From: Ranitomeya imitator
Lineage: Eukaryota
DNA: 64,000 nucleotides
Direction of reading: 5' to 3'
Assembly: GCF_032444005.1 (NCBI RefSeq)
Contig: NC_091287.1
Span: forward strand, 575,608,001 to 575,672,000
Numbering within the stretch: position 1 is the stretch's first letter; the number at the start of each line of letters is the position of its first letter. Positions 35,958 through 49,119 of the stretch are shown here, one piece after another. Both the position numbers and the translations under genes were made by a program. Below the pieces are notes generated by a model that worked only from the letters and a program-made list of their open reading frames with translations, was not told where the DNA came from and searched no databases.

Positions 35958-36631
35958 CATAGTAACATAGTAACATAGTAACATAGTTAGTAAGGCCGAA
36001 AAAAGACATTTGTCCATCCAGTTCAGCCTATATTCCATCATAATAAATACCCAGATCTACGTCCTTCTACAGAACCTAATAATTGTATGATACAATATTG
36101 TTCTGCTCCAGGAAGACATCCAGGCCTCTCTTGAACCCCTCGACTGAGTTCGCCATCACCACCTCCTCAGGCAAGCAATTCCAGATTCTCACTGCCCTAA
36201 CAGTAAAGAATCCTCTTCTATGTTGGTGGAAAAACCTTCTCTCCTCCAGACGCAAAGAATGCCCCCTTGTGCCCGTCACCTTCCTTGGTATAAACAGATC
36301 CTCAGCGAGATATTTGTATTGTCCCCTTATATACTTATACATGGTTATTAGATCGCCCCTCAGTCGTCTTTTTTCTAGACTAAATAATCCTAATTTCGCT
36401 AATCTATCTGGGTATTGTAGTTCTCCCATCCCCTTTATTAATTTTGTTGCCCTCCTTTGTACTCTCTCTAGTTCCATTATATCCTTCCTGAGCACCGGTG
36501 CCCAAAACTGGACACAGTACTCCATGTGCGGTCTAACTAGGGATTTGTACAGAGGCAGTATAATGCTCTCATCATGTGTATCCAGACCTCTTTTAATGCA
36601 CCCCATGATCCTGTTTGCCTTGGCAGCTGCT
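35958..36631 (-). mobile_element. CR1 LINE 3' fragment
   Basis: Encoded protein identical to C-terminus of ORF 42282-44054; (TTACTATG)n tail. Confidence 0.95.
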
Positions 36632-37368
36632 TTTAGGTTACCTTGCCACGTTGGACAGATCTGGCCCTGGTGTAGCTACATAAGAGTGAAGTGGTGAGTC
36701 AGAAGGAGTCAGAAGGAGATGTCTTTATCACCGAAAGAAGGTCGTGGGTTGGACCCTAGCAGTTGCTGTGGGGGACGAAGAGACGCCATTCCCGGAGTGG
36801 AGTGGACGGGTCATCCTTGATCAAATGGAAGTGGATGTGAAGGTTCTGGGCCCCGAGCGTGTGCAAGCAATAGAAACTATGCTGTGGGAAAATCAGGCTG
36901 CATTTGCCTGTCACGCCGAGGATTTCGGCTGTACTGAAGCCATCACGCATGAGATACCGACCGGGGAAGCTCGTCCAATTGGAGAACGATACCGGCAGAT
37001 CCCGCCCAAGATGTACCAAGAGGTGAAAACATTACTGAGGCAGATGCTGGATTCAGGAGTGGTGCAGAGAAGTCAGAGCCCTTGGGCAGCCCCGGAGGTG
37101 CTCGTCAAGAAAAAGGATGGGACCATCCGGTTCTGTGTAGATTACAAGAAACTCAATGCCTGCACTGTTCGAGACTCGGATCCGTTGCCCCGCATCGAGG
37201 AATCCTTGACAGCGTTGGGGAAAGCCAAGTACTTCTCCACCTTGGACCTGGCAAGTGGATACTGGCAAGTAGCCGTGGTAGAGAAAGACAAAGAGAAAAC
37301 TGCCTTCATCCTCCCTATGGGGCTGTTCGAGTTTAACCGGATGCCCTTCGGGCTCTCCAATGCTCCAG

Positions 37369-38989
37369 TGTTATGATCTGTTGGTTTAGGAACAACATGA
37401 GACAAGCTCTAAAGGAGGTGGTATCTGTACTGACCGCAAACCCTGAACCTAGCAGCGCAACTAAAAATAGCCGTGGGGGGTACCTGACGTTCCCTAGACC
37501 CCTCGGCACAGCCTAAGATCTAACTTCCCCTAAAGATGGAAACAGGAAACCTATCTTGCCTCAGAGAAAATCCCCAAAGGAAAGATTGCCCCCCACAAAT
37601 ATTGACGGTGAGAGGAGGGGAAAATAACATACGCAGAAATGAAATCAGATTTTAGCATAGGAGGCCAGTCTAGCTTGATAGATAGGACAGGAAAGGACAC
37701 TGTGCGGTCAGTATAAAAACTACAAAACAATCCACACAGAGTTTACAAAAATCTCCACACCTGACTAAAGGTGTGGAGGGTAAATCTGCTTCCCAGAGCT
37801 TCCAGCTAACAGAAATAATCCATACTGACAAGCTGGACAAATATAGAATGCACAGAACAATAAGTCCACAACATGTGGACTGAAATGAGCAAAGCCAGAA
37901 CTTATCTTTGCAGAACTGGTCAGGAAACCAGGAGAATCCAAGCAGAGATGTGAATCCAGCCAGGAAACATTGACAAGTGGCACAGGCTAAAGAAAGAGCC
38001 AGACTTAAATAGCCGAGCAGAAGAGACAATAAGTGGAGGCAGCTGATGACAGCTAACTCCAAGGAGCAGCCATACCTGTTATGATCAGGTAATTCAGCAC
38101 CACAATGGACATAGAAGTCAGAGCACATACAGTGACCTGACAATAACCCAAAAAACATAGAACGAGCTCTGAGACGTGGGAACTCTGCTGACCGCAATCC
38201 CTAATCCTCTCCAACACACACTAGAGGCAGCCGTGGATTGCGCCTAACGCTCCCTATGCAACTTGGCACAGCCTGAGAAACTAGCTAGCCTGAAGATAGA
38301 AAATAAGCCTACCTTGCCTCAGAGAAATACCCCAAAGGAAAAGGCAGCCCCCCACATATAATGACTGTGAGTTAAGATGAAAAGACAAACGTAGAGATGA
38401 AATAGATTTAGCAAAGTGAGGCCCGACTTTCTGAACAGATCGAGGATAGGAAAGGTAACTTTACGGTCAACACAAAACCCTACAAACAACCACGCAAAGG
38501 GGGCAAAAAGACCCTCCGTACCGACTAACAGCATGGAGGTACACCCTCTGCGTCCCAGAGCTTCCAGCAAGCAAGAAAAACAAATACGCAAGCTGGACAG
38601 AAAAAACAGCAAACAAAAATAACACAAGAGCAACTTAGCTATGCAGAGCAGCAGGCCACAGGAACGATCCAGGAGGAAGCAAGTCCAATACTAGAACATT
38701 GACTGGAGGCCAGGATCAAAGCACCAGGTGGAGTTAAATAGAGCAGCACCTAACGACTTCACCACATCACCTGAGGAAGGAAACTCAGAAGCCGCAGTAC
38801 CACTCTCCTCCACCAATGGAAGCTCACAGAGAGAACCAGCCGAAGTACCACTTGTGACCACAGGAGGGAGCTCTGCCACAGAATTCACAACACATACCAC
38901 TAGAAACCACAAGAGGGAGCCCAAGAGCAGAACTCACAAAAGTGCCACTTACAACTACCGGAGGGAGCCCAAGAGCGGAATTCACAACA
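37369..38989 (-). mobile_element. Chromovirus solo LTR (third subfamily) inserted in Gypsy RT
   Basis: TGTTATG...CACAACA on plus strand; TSD CTCCAG/CCCCAG; about 800 bp after removing the nested LTR. Confidence 0.92.
38077..38892 (-). mobile_element. Chromovirus solo LTR (element 1 type) nested in the previous solo LTR
   Basis: 816 bp, TSD CATACC, reverse-complement homolog of 4912-5724. Confidence 0.95.
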
Positions 38990-40775
38990 CCCCAGGCACA
39001 TTTCAACGGCTGATGGAAAAGTGTTTGGGAGACTTAAATTTTGAGGCTACCCTGATCTATCTGGATGACATCATTGTGTTTTCGGCTTCATTCGAAGAAC
39101 ACCTTGCCCGGCTTGGACAGGTACTCGGAAGACTGCGGGCTCATAACCTGAAGGTGAAGCCAAAGAAGTGCCACCTCTTCAAGAGAGAGATTGAGTACCT
39201 GGGCCACATAGTGTCACAAGATGGAGTTCTACCCTCGCCAGAAAAAGTGGCTGCTATCCAGAAGTGGCCAGTCCTTCAAACAGTGAGAGAACTCCAGGCC
39301 TTCCTGGGACTCACTGGGTACTACCGCCGGTTTGTTAAAGACTTTGCGAAGGTGGCGGGTCCTCTCAATGAGTTGCTGAGGGGGACCGCTGGAGTCGTGA
39401 AGACCCAGCGCATCCCCTGGGCACAGGAACAAGATGAGGCCTTTCAGGCTATAAAGAATGCCCTTACTTCAGCCCCGATTTTGGCCTACGCAGACTTTGA
39501 TCAACCGTTCCTGTTGTACACAAATGGTAGCCTTCATGGACTCGGTGCAGTACTTTCTCAGATACAGGATGGACATGAGAGAGTCATCGGGTATGCCAGT
39601 AGGTCCCTGCGAGACAGCAAAAGAAACCCTCACAATTACAGCTCCTTCCGGTTAGAGCTCCTGGCCCTGGTGTGGGCCATGACAGAAAAGTTTGCAGGCT
39701 TCCTGACAGATTCAAGTTCAAACGGACAATAATCCCCTGGCCCACCTTGAGAATGCTAAATTGGGGGCCTTAGAACAACAGTGGGTGGCTCGCCTAGCCA
39801 AGTTCGACTTTACCATCCATTATCGCCCTGCTACCGAAAACGCAAATGCTGATGGGCTGTCAAGAGTGACTGTGGAGACTCCAGTGGGGGATCTTGATGA
39901 GCAACTCGAAGAGGAGGAAACCCCAGACTTTCGCAAGTTTGAACCCCCAATGGTTGCAGCCCAGTCAAGAAGGGAGGCCTGCGCATTACCCCGCTCCCTG
40001 GGGAGAACCAATGTGGAATGGGGACACGTTCAGAATGAAAATGAAGGGCTGAGACAGATGAAATGGTGGGTAACGCAAAAGCAGAAGCCTGGCAAACAAG
40101 AGAGAAATGATCTGGACTCTGAAATGACGAGTGTGTTACACCAGTGGGATAGACTGGAGGAGCGAGAGTCAGTGCTATATCGTAAGAGGCAACAGCCAAA
40201 AGATATGGAAGTAAGGTGGCAAGTGGTCATCCCAGGAAGAGTGGCTCAAGAAGTAGCTAAAGAAGCCCACGAATTCGGAGCACACTTCGGCCCCACAAAG
40301 ACCTACCAATGGTTACAGCGGTATGTGTATTGCCCCGGGTTGGAGCTTGTGGTGGAAGAGGTTTGCCGGCAATGTCGAGTATGTGACCTCATTAAGAGTA
40401 CTGAACAGAGGGCACCCATCCAGACCATACAAACTAAGGAACCGCTAGAAGTCTTGATGATCAACTATCTCCTCGTGGCACACTCGCCCGGAGGCTAACA
40501 ATACTATTTGGTGATGACCGATCATTTCTCTAAGTTCGCAGTAGTCACTCCAACTAGAGACCAGACTGCGGAATCGGCGGCGCGAGCCATCTGTCAAGAC
40601 TTCATCCGGGTGTATGGGTGCCCAAAGCGCATCCACTCCGACCAAGGCGCATGTTTCCAAGGCAAGGTGATGGAAGAATTGTATCGCATGTATGGCATCG
40701 AGCGGTCCCGGACCACCCCTTACCACCCTCAAGGCAACGGAGCTTGTGAACGCTTCAACAGAACCTTACTTCAAA

Positions 40776-43700
40776 TTATTATTATTTTTATTATTATACA
40801 TTTTTATAGCGCCATTTATTCCATGGCGCTTTACATGTGAATACGGGGCAAATATAGACAAATACATTAAACATGAGCAGATAACAAGGCACACGAGTAC
40901 ATAAGGAGGGAGGACCCTGCCCGCGAGGGCTCACAGTCTGCAGGGGGTGGGTGAGGATACACTAGGAGAGGGAAGAGCTGGCTGTGCGGCTGTTCAGTAG
41001 GTTGAGGATCACTGCAGGCTGTAGGCTTGTCGGAAGAGATGAGTCTTCAGGTTCTTTTTGAAGGTTTCTATGGTAGGCGCAAGTCTGATGTGTTGGGGTA
41101 GAGAGTTCCAGAGTATGGGGGAAGCACGGGAGAAGTCTTGGATGCGGTTATGGGAAGAAGAGATGAGAGGGGAGTAGAGAAGGAGGTCTTGGGAGGATCG
41201 GAGGTCGCGTGTAGGTAGGTACCGGGAGACCATGTCACAGATGTATGGAGGAGACAGGTTGTGGATGGCTTTGTATGTCAGTGTGAGGGTTTTGAACTGG
41301 AGTCTCTGGGCGATAGGAAGCCAGTGAAGGGCTTGACACAGGGGAGAGGCTGGGGAATAGCGGGGGGACAGGTGGATTAGTCGGGCAGCAGAGTGTAGGA
41401 TGGATTGGAGTGGTGCCAGAGTGCTAGAGGGGAGTCCAGAGAGTAGGAGGTTGCAGTAGTCGAGGCGGGAGATGATAAGGGCATGCACTAGCGTTTTTGC
41501 AGTGTTGCGGTCAAGGAAAGCACGGATCCGGGAAATATTTTTGAGTTTGAGACGACAGGAGGAGGCAAGGGCTTGGATATGTGGCTTGAAAGAGAGGGCA
41601 GAGTCGAGGATCACCCCGAGGCACCGGGCGTGTGGGACTGGGGATAGTGAGCAGCCATTGACATTGATGGATAGGTCTGGTGGAGGGGTAGAGTGAGATG
41701 GGGGAAAGATGATGAATTCTGTTTTGTCCATGTTCAGTTGTAGAAAGCGAGCAGAAAAGAAGGCTGAAATGGCAGACAGACAGTGCGGGATTTTGGTAAG
41801 CAAGGAGGAGAGGTCAGGTCCGGAGAGGTAGATCTGCGTGTCGTCAGCGTAGAGATGGTACTGCATACCGTGGGATTCTATGAGCTGTCCCAGGCCGAAA
41901 GTGTAGATGGAGAAGAGTAGGGGTCCTAGAACAGAGCCTTGAGGAACACCGACTGACAAGGGGTGAAGTGAGGAGGTGGTGTGGGGGAGGGAGACACTGA
42001 ATGTTCGGTCTGTCAGATATGACGAGATCCAAGAAAAGGGCCAAGTCTGTGATGCCAAGGGATGAGAGGATTTGTAGCAAAAGGGAGTGGTCTACAGTGT
42101 CAAAGGCAGAAGACAAGTCCAGGAGAAGGAGGACAGAGTAGTGTCGCTTGCTCCTGGCAGTTAGTAGGTCATTACATAACATAGTAACATAGTTAGTAAG
42201 GCCGAAAAAAGACATTTGTCCATCCAGTTCAGCCTATATTCCATCATAATAAATACCCAGATCTACGTCCTTCTACAGAACCTAATAATTGTATGATACA
42301 ATATTGTTCTGCTCCAGGAAGACATCCAGGCCTCTCTTGAACCCCTCGACTGAGTTCGCCATCACCACCTCCTCAGGCAAGCAATTCCAGATTCTCACTG
42401 CCCTAACAGTAAAGAATCCTCTTCTATGTTGGTGGAAAAACCTTCTCTCCTCCAGACGCAAAGAATGCCCCCTTGTGCCCGTCACCTTCCTTGGTATAAA
42501 CAGATCCTCAGCGAGATATTTGTATTGTCCCCTTATATACTTATACATGGTTATTAGATCGCCCCTCAGTCGTCTTTTTTCTAGACTAAATAATCCTAAT
42601 TTCGCTAATCTATCTGGGTATTGTAGTTCTCCCATCCCCTTTATTAATTTTGTTGCCCTCCTTTGTACTCTCTCTAGTTCCATTATATCCTTCCTGAGCA
42701 CCGGTGCCCAAAACTGGACACAGTACTCCATGTGCGGTCTAACTAGGGATTTGTACAGAGGCAGTATAATGCTCTCATCATGTGTATCCAGACCTCTTTT
42801 AATGCACCCCATGATCCTGTTTGCCTTGGCAGCTGCTGCCTGGCACTGGCTGCTCCAGGTAAGTTTATCATTAACTAGGATCCCCAAGTCCTTCTCCCTG
42901 TCAGATTTACCCAGTGGTTTCCCGTTCAGTGTGTAATGGTGATATTGATTCCCTCTTCCCATGTGTATAACCTTACATTTATCATTGTTAAACCTCATCT
43001 GCCACCTTTCAGCCCAAGTTTCCAACTTATCCAGATCCATCTGTAGCAGAATACTATCTTCTCTTGTATTAACTGCTTTACATAGTTTTGTATCATCTGC
43101 AAATATCGATATTTTACTGTGTAAACCTTCTACCAGATCATTAATGAATATGTTGAAGAGAACAGGTCCCAATACTGACCCCTGCGGTACCCCACTGGTC
43201 ACAGCGACCCAGTTAGAGACTATACCATTTATAACCACCCTCTGCTTTCTATCACTAAGCCAGTTACTAACCCATTTACACACATTTTCCCCCAGACCAA
43301 GCATTCTCATTTTGTGTACCAACCTCTTGTGCGGCACGGTATCAAACGCTTTGGAAAAATCGAGATATACCACGTCCAATGACTCACCGTGGTCCAGTCT
43401 ATAGCTTACCTCTTCATAAAAACTGATTAGATTGGTTTGACAGGAGCGATTTCTCATAAACCCATGCTGATATGGAGTTAAACAGTTATTCTCATTGAGA
43501 TAATCCAGAATAACATCCCTCAGAAACCCTTCAAATATTTTACCAACAATAGAGGTTAGACTTACTGGCCTATAATTTCCAGGTTCACTTTTAGAGCCCT
43601 TTTTGAATATTGGCACCACATTTGCTATGCGCCAATCCTGCGGAACAGACCCTGTCGCTATAGAGTCCCTAAAAATAAGAAATAATGGTTTATCTATTAC

Positions 43701-45546
43701 ATTACTTAGTTCTCTTAGTACTCGTGGGTGTATGCCATCCGGACCCGGAGATTTATCTATTTTAATCTTATTTAGCCGGTTTCGCACCTCTTCTTGGGTT
43801 AGATTGGTGACCCTTAATATAGGGTTTTCATTGTTTCTTGGGATTTCACCTAGCATTTCATTTTCCACCGTGAATACCGTGGAGAAGAAGGTGTTTAATA
43901 TGTTAGCTTTTTCCTCGTCATCTACAACCATTCTTTCCTCACTATTTTTTAAGGGGCCTACATTTTCAGTTTTTATTCTTTTACTATTGATATAGTTGAA
44001 GAACAGTTTGGGATTAGTTTTACTCTCCTTAGCAATGTGCTTCTCTGTTTCCATTGGTGACTTTAGTTAGGGCAGTTTCAGTTGAGTGATGGGAACGGAA
44101 GCCTGATTGTAACCGATCAAAGAGGGAGCAGGAGGAGAAGTGGGAGGACAGTTCAAGATGGACGTGTTGCTCCAGCAATTTGGAGGCATAAGGGAGAAGA
44201 GATATTGGGCGATAGCTAGACACAGAGGATGGGTCGAGGGAGGGCTTTTTGAGGATGGGTGTGATCTTGGCATGCTTGAAGGATGAGGGAAAGACACCTG
44301 TTGTGAGTGAGAGGTTGAAGAGGTGTGTTAGGGTTGGGATGAAGACCGTGGAAAGGTTAGGGATGAGGTGGGATGGGAGCGGGTCAAGCGTGCAGGTGGT
44401 GAGGTGTGATCTTGACAGGAGGGTGGAGAGCTGATCTTCTGTCATGGTGGAGAAGCTGGTTTTGGAGGAGCAGGGTTGAGCAGCTAAGAGGGGCAGTGGG
44501 CGCTGTGGGCCAAAGCTTTCTCTGATCGTATCGATCTTCTGTTTAAAGAAAGAGGCGAAGTCATCAGCAGAAATGAGGGGGGAGGGAGGAGGTGCGGGGG
44601 GACGGAGTAGAGAATTGAAAGTGTTGAAAAGCTGTTTAGGGTTGTGGGACAGGGAGGATATGAGGGATGAGAAGTAAGTTTGTTTTGCGGCAGTGAGCGC
44701 AGACTTGAAGCTGGCGAGGGACTGCTTGTATGCAGTGAAGTGGTCGGCAGAGTGGGATCGCTTCCATCTCCGCTCAGCAATCCTGGAAGCCCGTCTCAAT
44801 TCTTTGGTCAGGCTGGTCAGCCAGGGCTGCCTGTTAATTGTACGAGTTTTACTATGCATGAGTGGGGCGGCCGAATCGAGTGTTGTTGTTATTGTGGTGT
44901 TATAAAAAGTGGCAGCAGCATCTGTGTCATGAAGGGAAGCTATGTCTGTGAGAGGGAGAAGGGACTCAGAGAGTGATTGTAAGTTGAGATGTTTGAGATT
45001 TCTGCGAGGGTGAGTGAGTTTGTGGAGAGGGGGTTGCACACTAGGAGAGGAGAGGGACGAGAATGTCAGTAGGTTGTGGTCAGACAGGGGGAGGGGTGTG
45101 TTAGTGAGGTTAGTAAGGGAGCAGAGGCGGGTGAAGATGAGGTCCAGCGTGTGGCCATCTTTGTGAGTGGCCTCAGAGGACCATTGAGTGAGGCCAAAGG
45201 AGGCAGTCAGTGATAAAAGTTTAGAGGTAGCTGAGGTGAAAGTGTCAATGGGGACATTGAAATCACCCATGATGATAGTGGGGATGTCAACAGAGAGGAA
45301 ATGAAGTAGCCAGGTGGTGAAGTGGTCGAGAAAGGTGGAGATGGCTAGTTCTGGGGGGCGGTAGATGACAGCCAGCTGGAGGTTGGAGGGGGAATAGATG
45401 CGGACAGAGTGCACCTCAAACGAGGGAAGAGTAGCGGAGGGTGGTAGCGGGATTGGAGTAAAGGAGCAGGTGTCGGACAGGAGCAAGCCAACTCCTCCAC
45501 CGCGTTTGTTGCTGGGGCGAGGGGTGTGAGAGAGGTGGAATCCGCC
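40776..45546 (-). mobile_element. L2-clade LINE (APE C-terminus and RT), 5'-truncated, split by CR1
   Basis: IIMGDFN...TLDLIFT endonuclease; YRPISLL...GFRSHHSTETAL|DLLT...[11 protein letters not shown]...QGSVLGP...YADD; (AAT)n tail. Confidence 0.95.
42174..44051 (-). mobile_element. CR1 LINE, 5'-truncated, with 590-aa uninterrupted RT frame
   Basis: KSPGPDG, YRPVSLTS, DFSKAFD, QGSVLGP, FADD; (TTACTATG)n tail; CATT at both junctions. Confidence 0.96.
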
Positions 45547-47769
45547 AACGTTGGAGGAGGATAAGAAGGCGTGTTGGCCAGACTGTCTGCCAGAATTGGT
45601 CTGGACCTACAACAATCGGGTCCACTCCACCACGGGTTATACCCCCTATCTACTGTTGTTTGGAAGAGCTGGACGAGAGATCATCAAGCTGAATTTGGAA
45701 CAGCCAGAGGAGCTGATGGAGCGAACTGTCACCTCATGGGTAAAAGAGCATCGGCAACGATTGCAAACGATACGGCGGTTGGCGGGTCAGCAACTGCAAG
45801 AAAAAGAACATACGGGCCGCAAACCGACTCAAGAGTTACCGCTCCAACCTGGAGACCGAGTATTAGTCAGAGAGAAACGCCCTAAGGGAAAACTAAGTGA
45901 GAGATGGGAACTACAGCCATACAAGGTTATCGAGCGAGTGTATGCTAACGGTCCTGTCTGCAAGGTACAGATTGAGAATGGGGCATCCGTCCCTAGAGTA
46001 CTTCACAGAAATATGCTGCGGCCTTGCTGGTCTGAGGTCTCTTCTACGCCATTGTCACCTGAAGGTGCCACTCCACTTCCTGAATCTGTCATGCCTGATG
46101 GTGGAATCGATGATGAGTGGTGGACCGTCCCTGACACAGTAGGGGGTCCTCAGCTGCACGAGATGGTAATCCCATGGATGTACCAGTACCGCCATGCGAG
46201 GACGAGACCAGACAAGAGCTCACAATGTTTCCTGCAACAAGTGTTCCTCTGGAAGATAGTCAAGCCTTGCCTGACAGGCAAGAGCTTCGGAGATCCCAGA
46301 GGTCTAATGCAGGGGTTTCACCAGTCCGATAAATAGAACAGTGTGCTCTGTCTGTTTTTACACCTTTGTTGCCTCCTCTATAGTTGCTGTTCCGCATTGC
46401 ACGTTCCTTCATTACGCTTCCACCTTGATTCTGTGATGGTCGAGAACCACCATCATTAAGAAGGGAGGCATGTAAGAGGGTAGTGCTGTTATGGACAGTA
46501 ACACGCTGCAACTTTCAGAGACAGCACCCCCTTGTCTGGTACGATGGAATGTCCTGCTTCCCCCTGCTAGACGGTGAAGATAAACTGCCCTAGGATGAGG
46601 GGAGGAGTTGAGCCTGAACTGTGCGTGTGAGCTGAAGCTGCAAGAGAGAGAGAACTTTGTGCTGTTTGCTACAAGAAAAGTCCCACAGCTTGGGATGAAG
46701 TTTACTTGTGAAATTTGCAAGACTTTTTTTGGATACAGCAAAGGTGGCTGTCCTGTGCTAGTTTGTGAAGCCACGAAGATACTGAGAAAGGGACTTACAG
46801 TTTCCAGGAGCATACCTAGGATCCAGAAGCTATGAGAAGACCACGTTTCACAGAGCTGACAGAAAGCCGTGCACACCATCATATTGGACTTCTGGGGGCC
46901 CCCTGCGACTGGACCTGATTCTCCAACATCACCGTGAGTCTGTTCCTGTTTGGTGCACCTGTTAGGGCCTAGTGCAGGCTTCAGTAGTCAGTACATGGGA
47001 GCCGTGTGGCCTGCTTAGTAAAGGCCAGGGAGGTTATACATAGAGTAGCATCGTTATTTGTTAATTGTTTAAACTTGCTTGCGAGACATATTCTGGGTCT
47101 GTAATAGTTGTAGCACTGTGCTATTTTACAGGAGAGATTACACATGTACATTGTCTTTTGCCATTGTAAACCCTTGTTTGCATCTTCCTCATTCCCTTCA
47201 TTCCTTGCCTTCTAATAAATCAACCCTTTGTTGTTTGCACCTCATCTTGTGTACAGTAGTCTTCCTGCACAGTGGTGGTCCCCCGGCCATCACTTCACGC
47301 ATATTTCACAGCCAGTGCAGCAATATACTCTGTGCCATATTACAACTCTATCTATTTTTTATTCTAAAAATTATTTTAAAAAATATTTTTTGTGCTATTT
47401 TTTCATTAGTTTAGTGTTACCTAGGTCTGTTTGTGTGTATGGTGCTTGGGTTTTGGTGTGGGTAGATTTAGGGTCCTATCAGGGCCAGAAGGGACAGCAG
47501 ACGTTGAGTGGGGGCGCCACATCGAAATTTAGGGTGCCAACCTCCGCTGTCAGGAAGGTGTGAGTCCATTAGGGATCAAGATAGGGACTTATTCAGGAAT
47601 ATTACTTTTAAGAGTTCCTGCTGCATTCCGGGTATAGCAACACCCCACCCAGGCTATAGGTTTTTGGTGTTGGTAGTTATTCATTTTTTTCTAAAAAATT
47701 TGTTTCAATTTTAATTATATTTACATTAAAGATATTTTTAAGGGCGTTTTTCTTTTGTTTTTTTTATGT

Positions 47770-49000
47770 ATAGACAGCAGTCTCGGTGTCTCCTATGTGA
47801 TGCATGCAACAGTGTCAGTGTCTCCTACGTTATGTATATACAGCTGTTTCAGTGTCTCCTATGTGATGTATACAGCAGTTTCAGTGTCTCCTATGTGATG
47901 TAAATTCCAGTTTCAGTGTCTCCTTTGTGATATAGACAGCTGTCTCGTTACCTCCTATGTGTTGTATATAGAGTAATATCAGTGCCTTCTATGTCATATG
48001 TTTATAGCGGTCGCAGTGAATCTTATATAATGTATAAAGAAGTCTCAGTGTCTCCTATGTGATGTACATATGTCAGTCTAGGTGTCTCCTATGTGATATA
48101 TGCAGCAGTGTTGGTGTCTCCTATGTGATTTATACAGTAGTCTCGGTGCCTCCTATGTAATGTATATACAACAATGTCAGTGTCTCCTATGTGCTGTAAA
48201 TACAGCAGTCTCGATGTCTCTTATGTGATGTATTGGTGTCAGTCTTGGTGTCCCCATGTGATGTATAAACAGCAGTCTCAGTGTCTGCTATGTGATGTAT
48301 ACAACAGTCTCAGTGTCTCCTATGTGATGTATATACAGCAGTCTTGGTGTCTCCTATGTGATTTATACAGCAGTCTCAGTGTCTCCTGTGAGATGTATAT
48401 ACCTCAGTTTCAGTGTCTCCTGTGTGATGTATATAGCAGTCTCATTATCTCCTATGTGACGTATATACAGCAGTCACCATGTCTACTTTGTGATGTGTGT
48501 ACGACAGTCTCAGTGACGTGATGTACAGCAGTATCGGTGTTTCCTATATGATATATACAGCAGTGTCAGTGTCTCTTATTTGATAGATACAGCAGTCTCG
48601 GGGGCTCCTATGTGATCTACATACTGCAGTTTCAGTGTCTCCTATGTGCTGTATATACAGCAGTCTCAGTGTCTCCTATGTGATGTATACAGCAGTCTCA
48701 GTATCACGTGTGTGATGTATACAGCAGTCTTAGTGCCTTCGATGTCATGTATACAGTAGTCTCAGTGTCTCCTATGTGATATATACAACATGTAAAGCGC
48801 CATGGAATAAATGGCAATATAACAATAAATAATAATAATAATTCTCTGTGCCTCGTATGTGTACGGCAGTCTTGGTGTCTTCTATGTGAACTGTACATGT
48901 CAGTCTCTGGGTCTCCTATGTGATGTAGATGTAGACAGCAGTCTTTATGTCTCATATGTAATGTATGCATAAGTCTAGATGTCTCATTTGTGTCTAGGGT
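47770..49000. repeat. 32-34-bp minisatellite (CAGCAGTCTCAGTGTCTCCTATGTGATGTATA) with an L2 tail stub at about 48790-48840
   Basis: Degenerate tandem units. Confidence 0.9.
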
Positions 49001-49119
49001 GCAGTCTTGGAATATACGGTGGGTAGAGCGCGGTCTCAATATATATGGTGTGTAGGGCACGGTCTTGTTATATACAGTGTGCAGGGCACAGTCTCAGTAT
49101 CTACAGTGAGTAGGGCACC

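Larger units (their letters stand above)
36632..47310 (+). mobile_element. Canonical Gypsy (RT-RH-IN), 5'-truncated, interrupted by nested LTRs and L2/CR1; probable 3' LTR 46471-47310
   Basis: LDLASGYWQ...MPFGLSNAP|GTFQRL...YLDD...; integrase 39761-40775 resumes at 45547 (LEEDKK...PYLLLFGR); PPT AAGAAGGGAGG then TGTAAG...AATAAA...TTCACA. Confidence 0.88.

Noticed and set aside
38728-39732. 334-aa ORF as a novel fusion protein
   Set aside because: Chance read-through from antisense LTR sequence into the interrupted Gypsy RT
42289-43995. Plus-strand ORFs over CR1
   Set aside because: Antisense shadows of the RT frame
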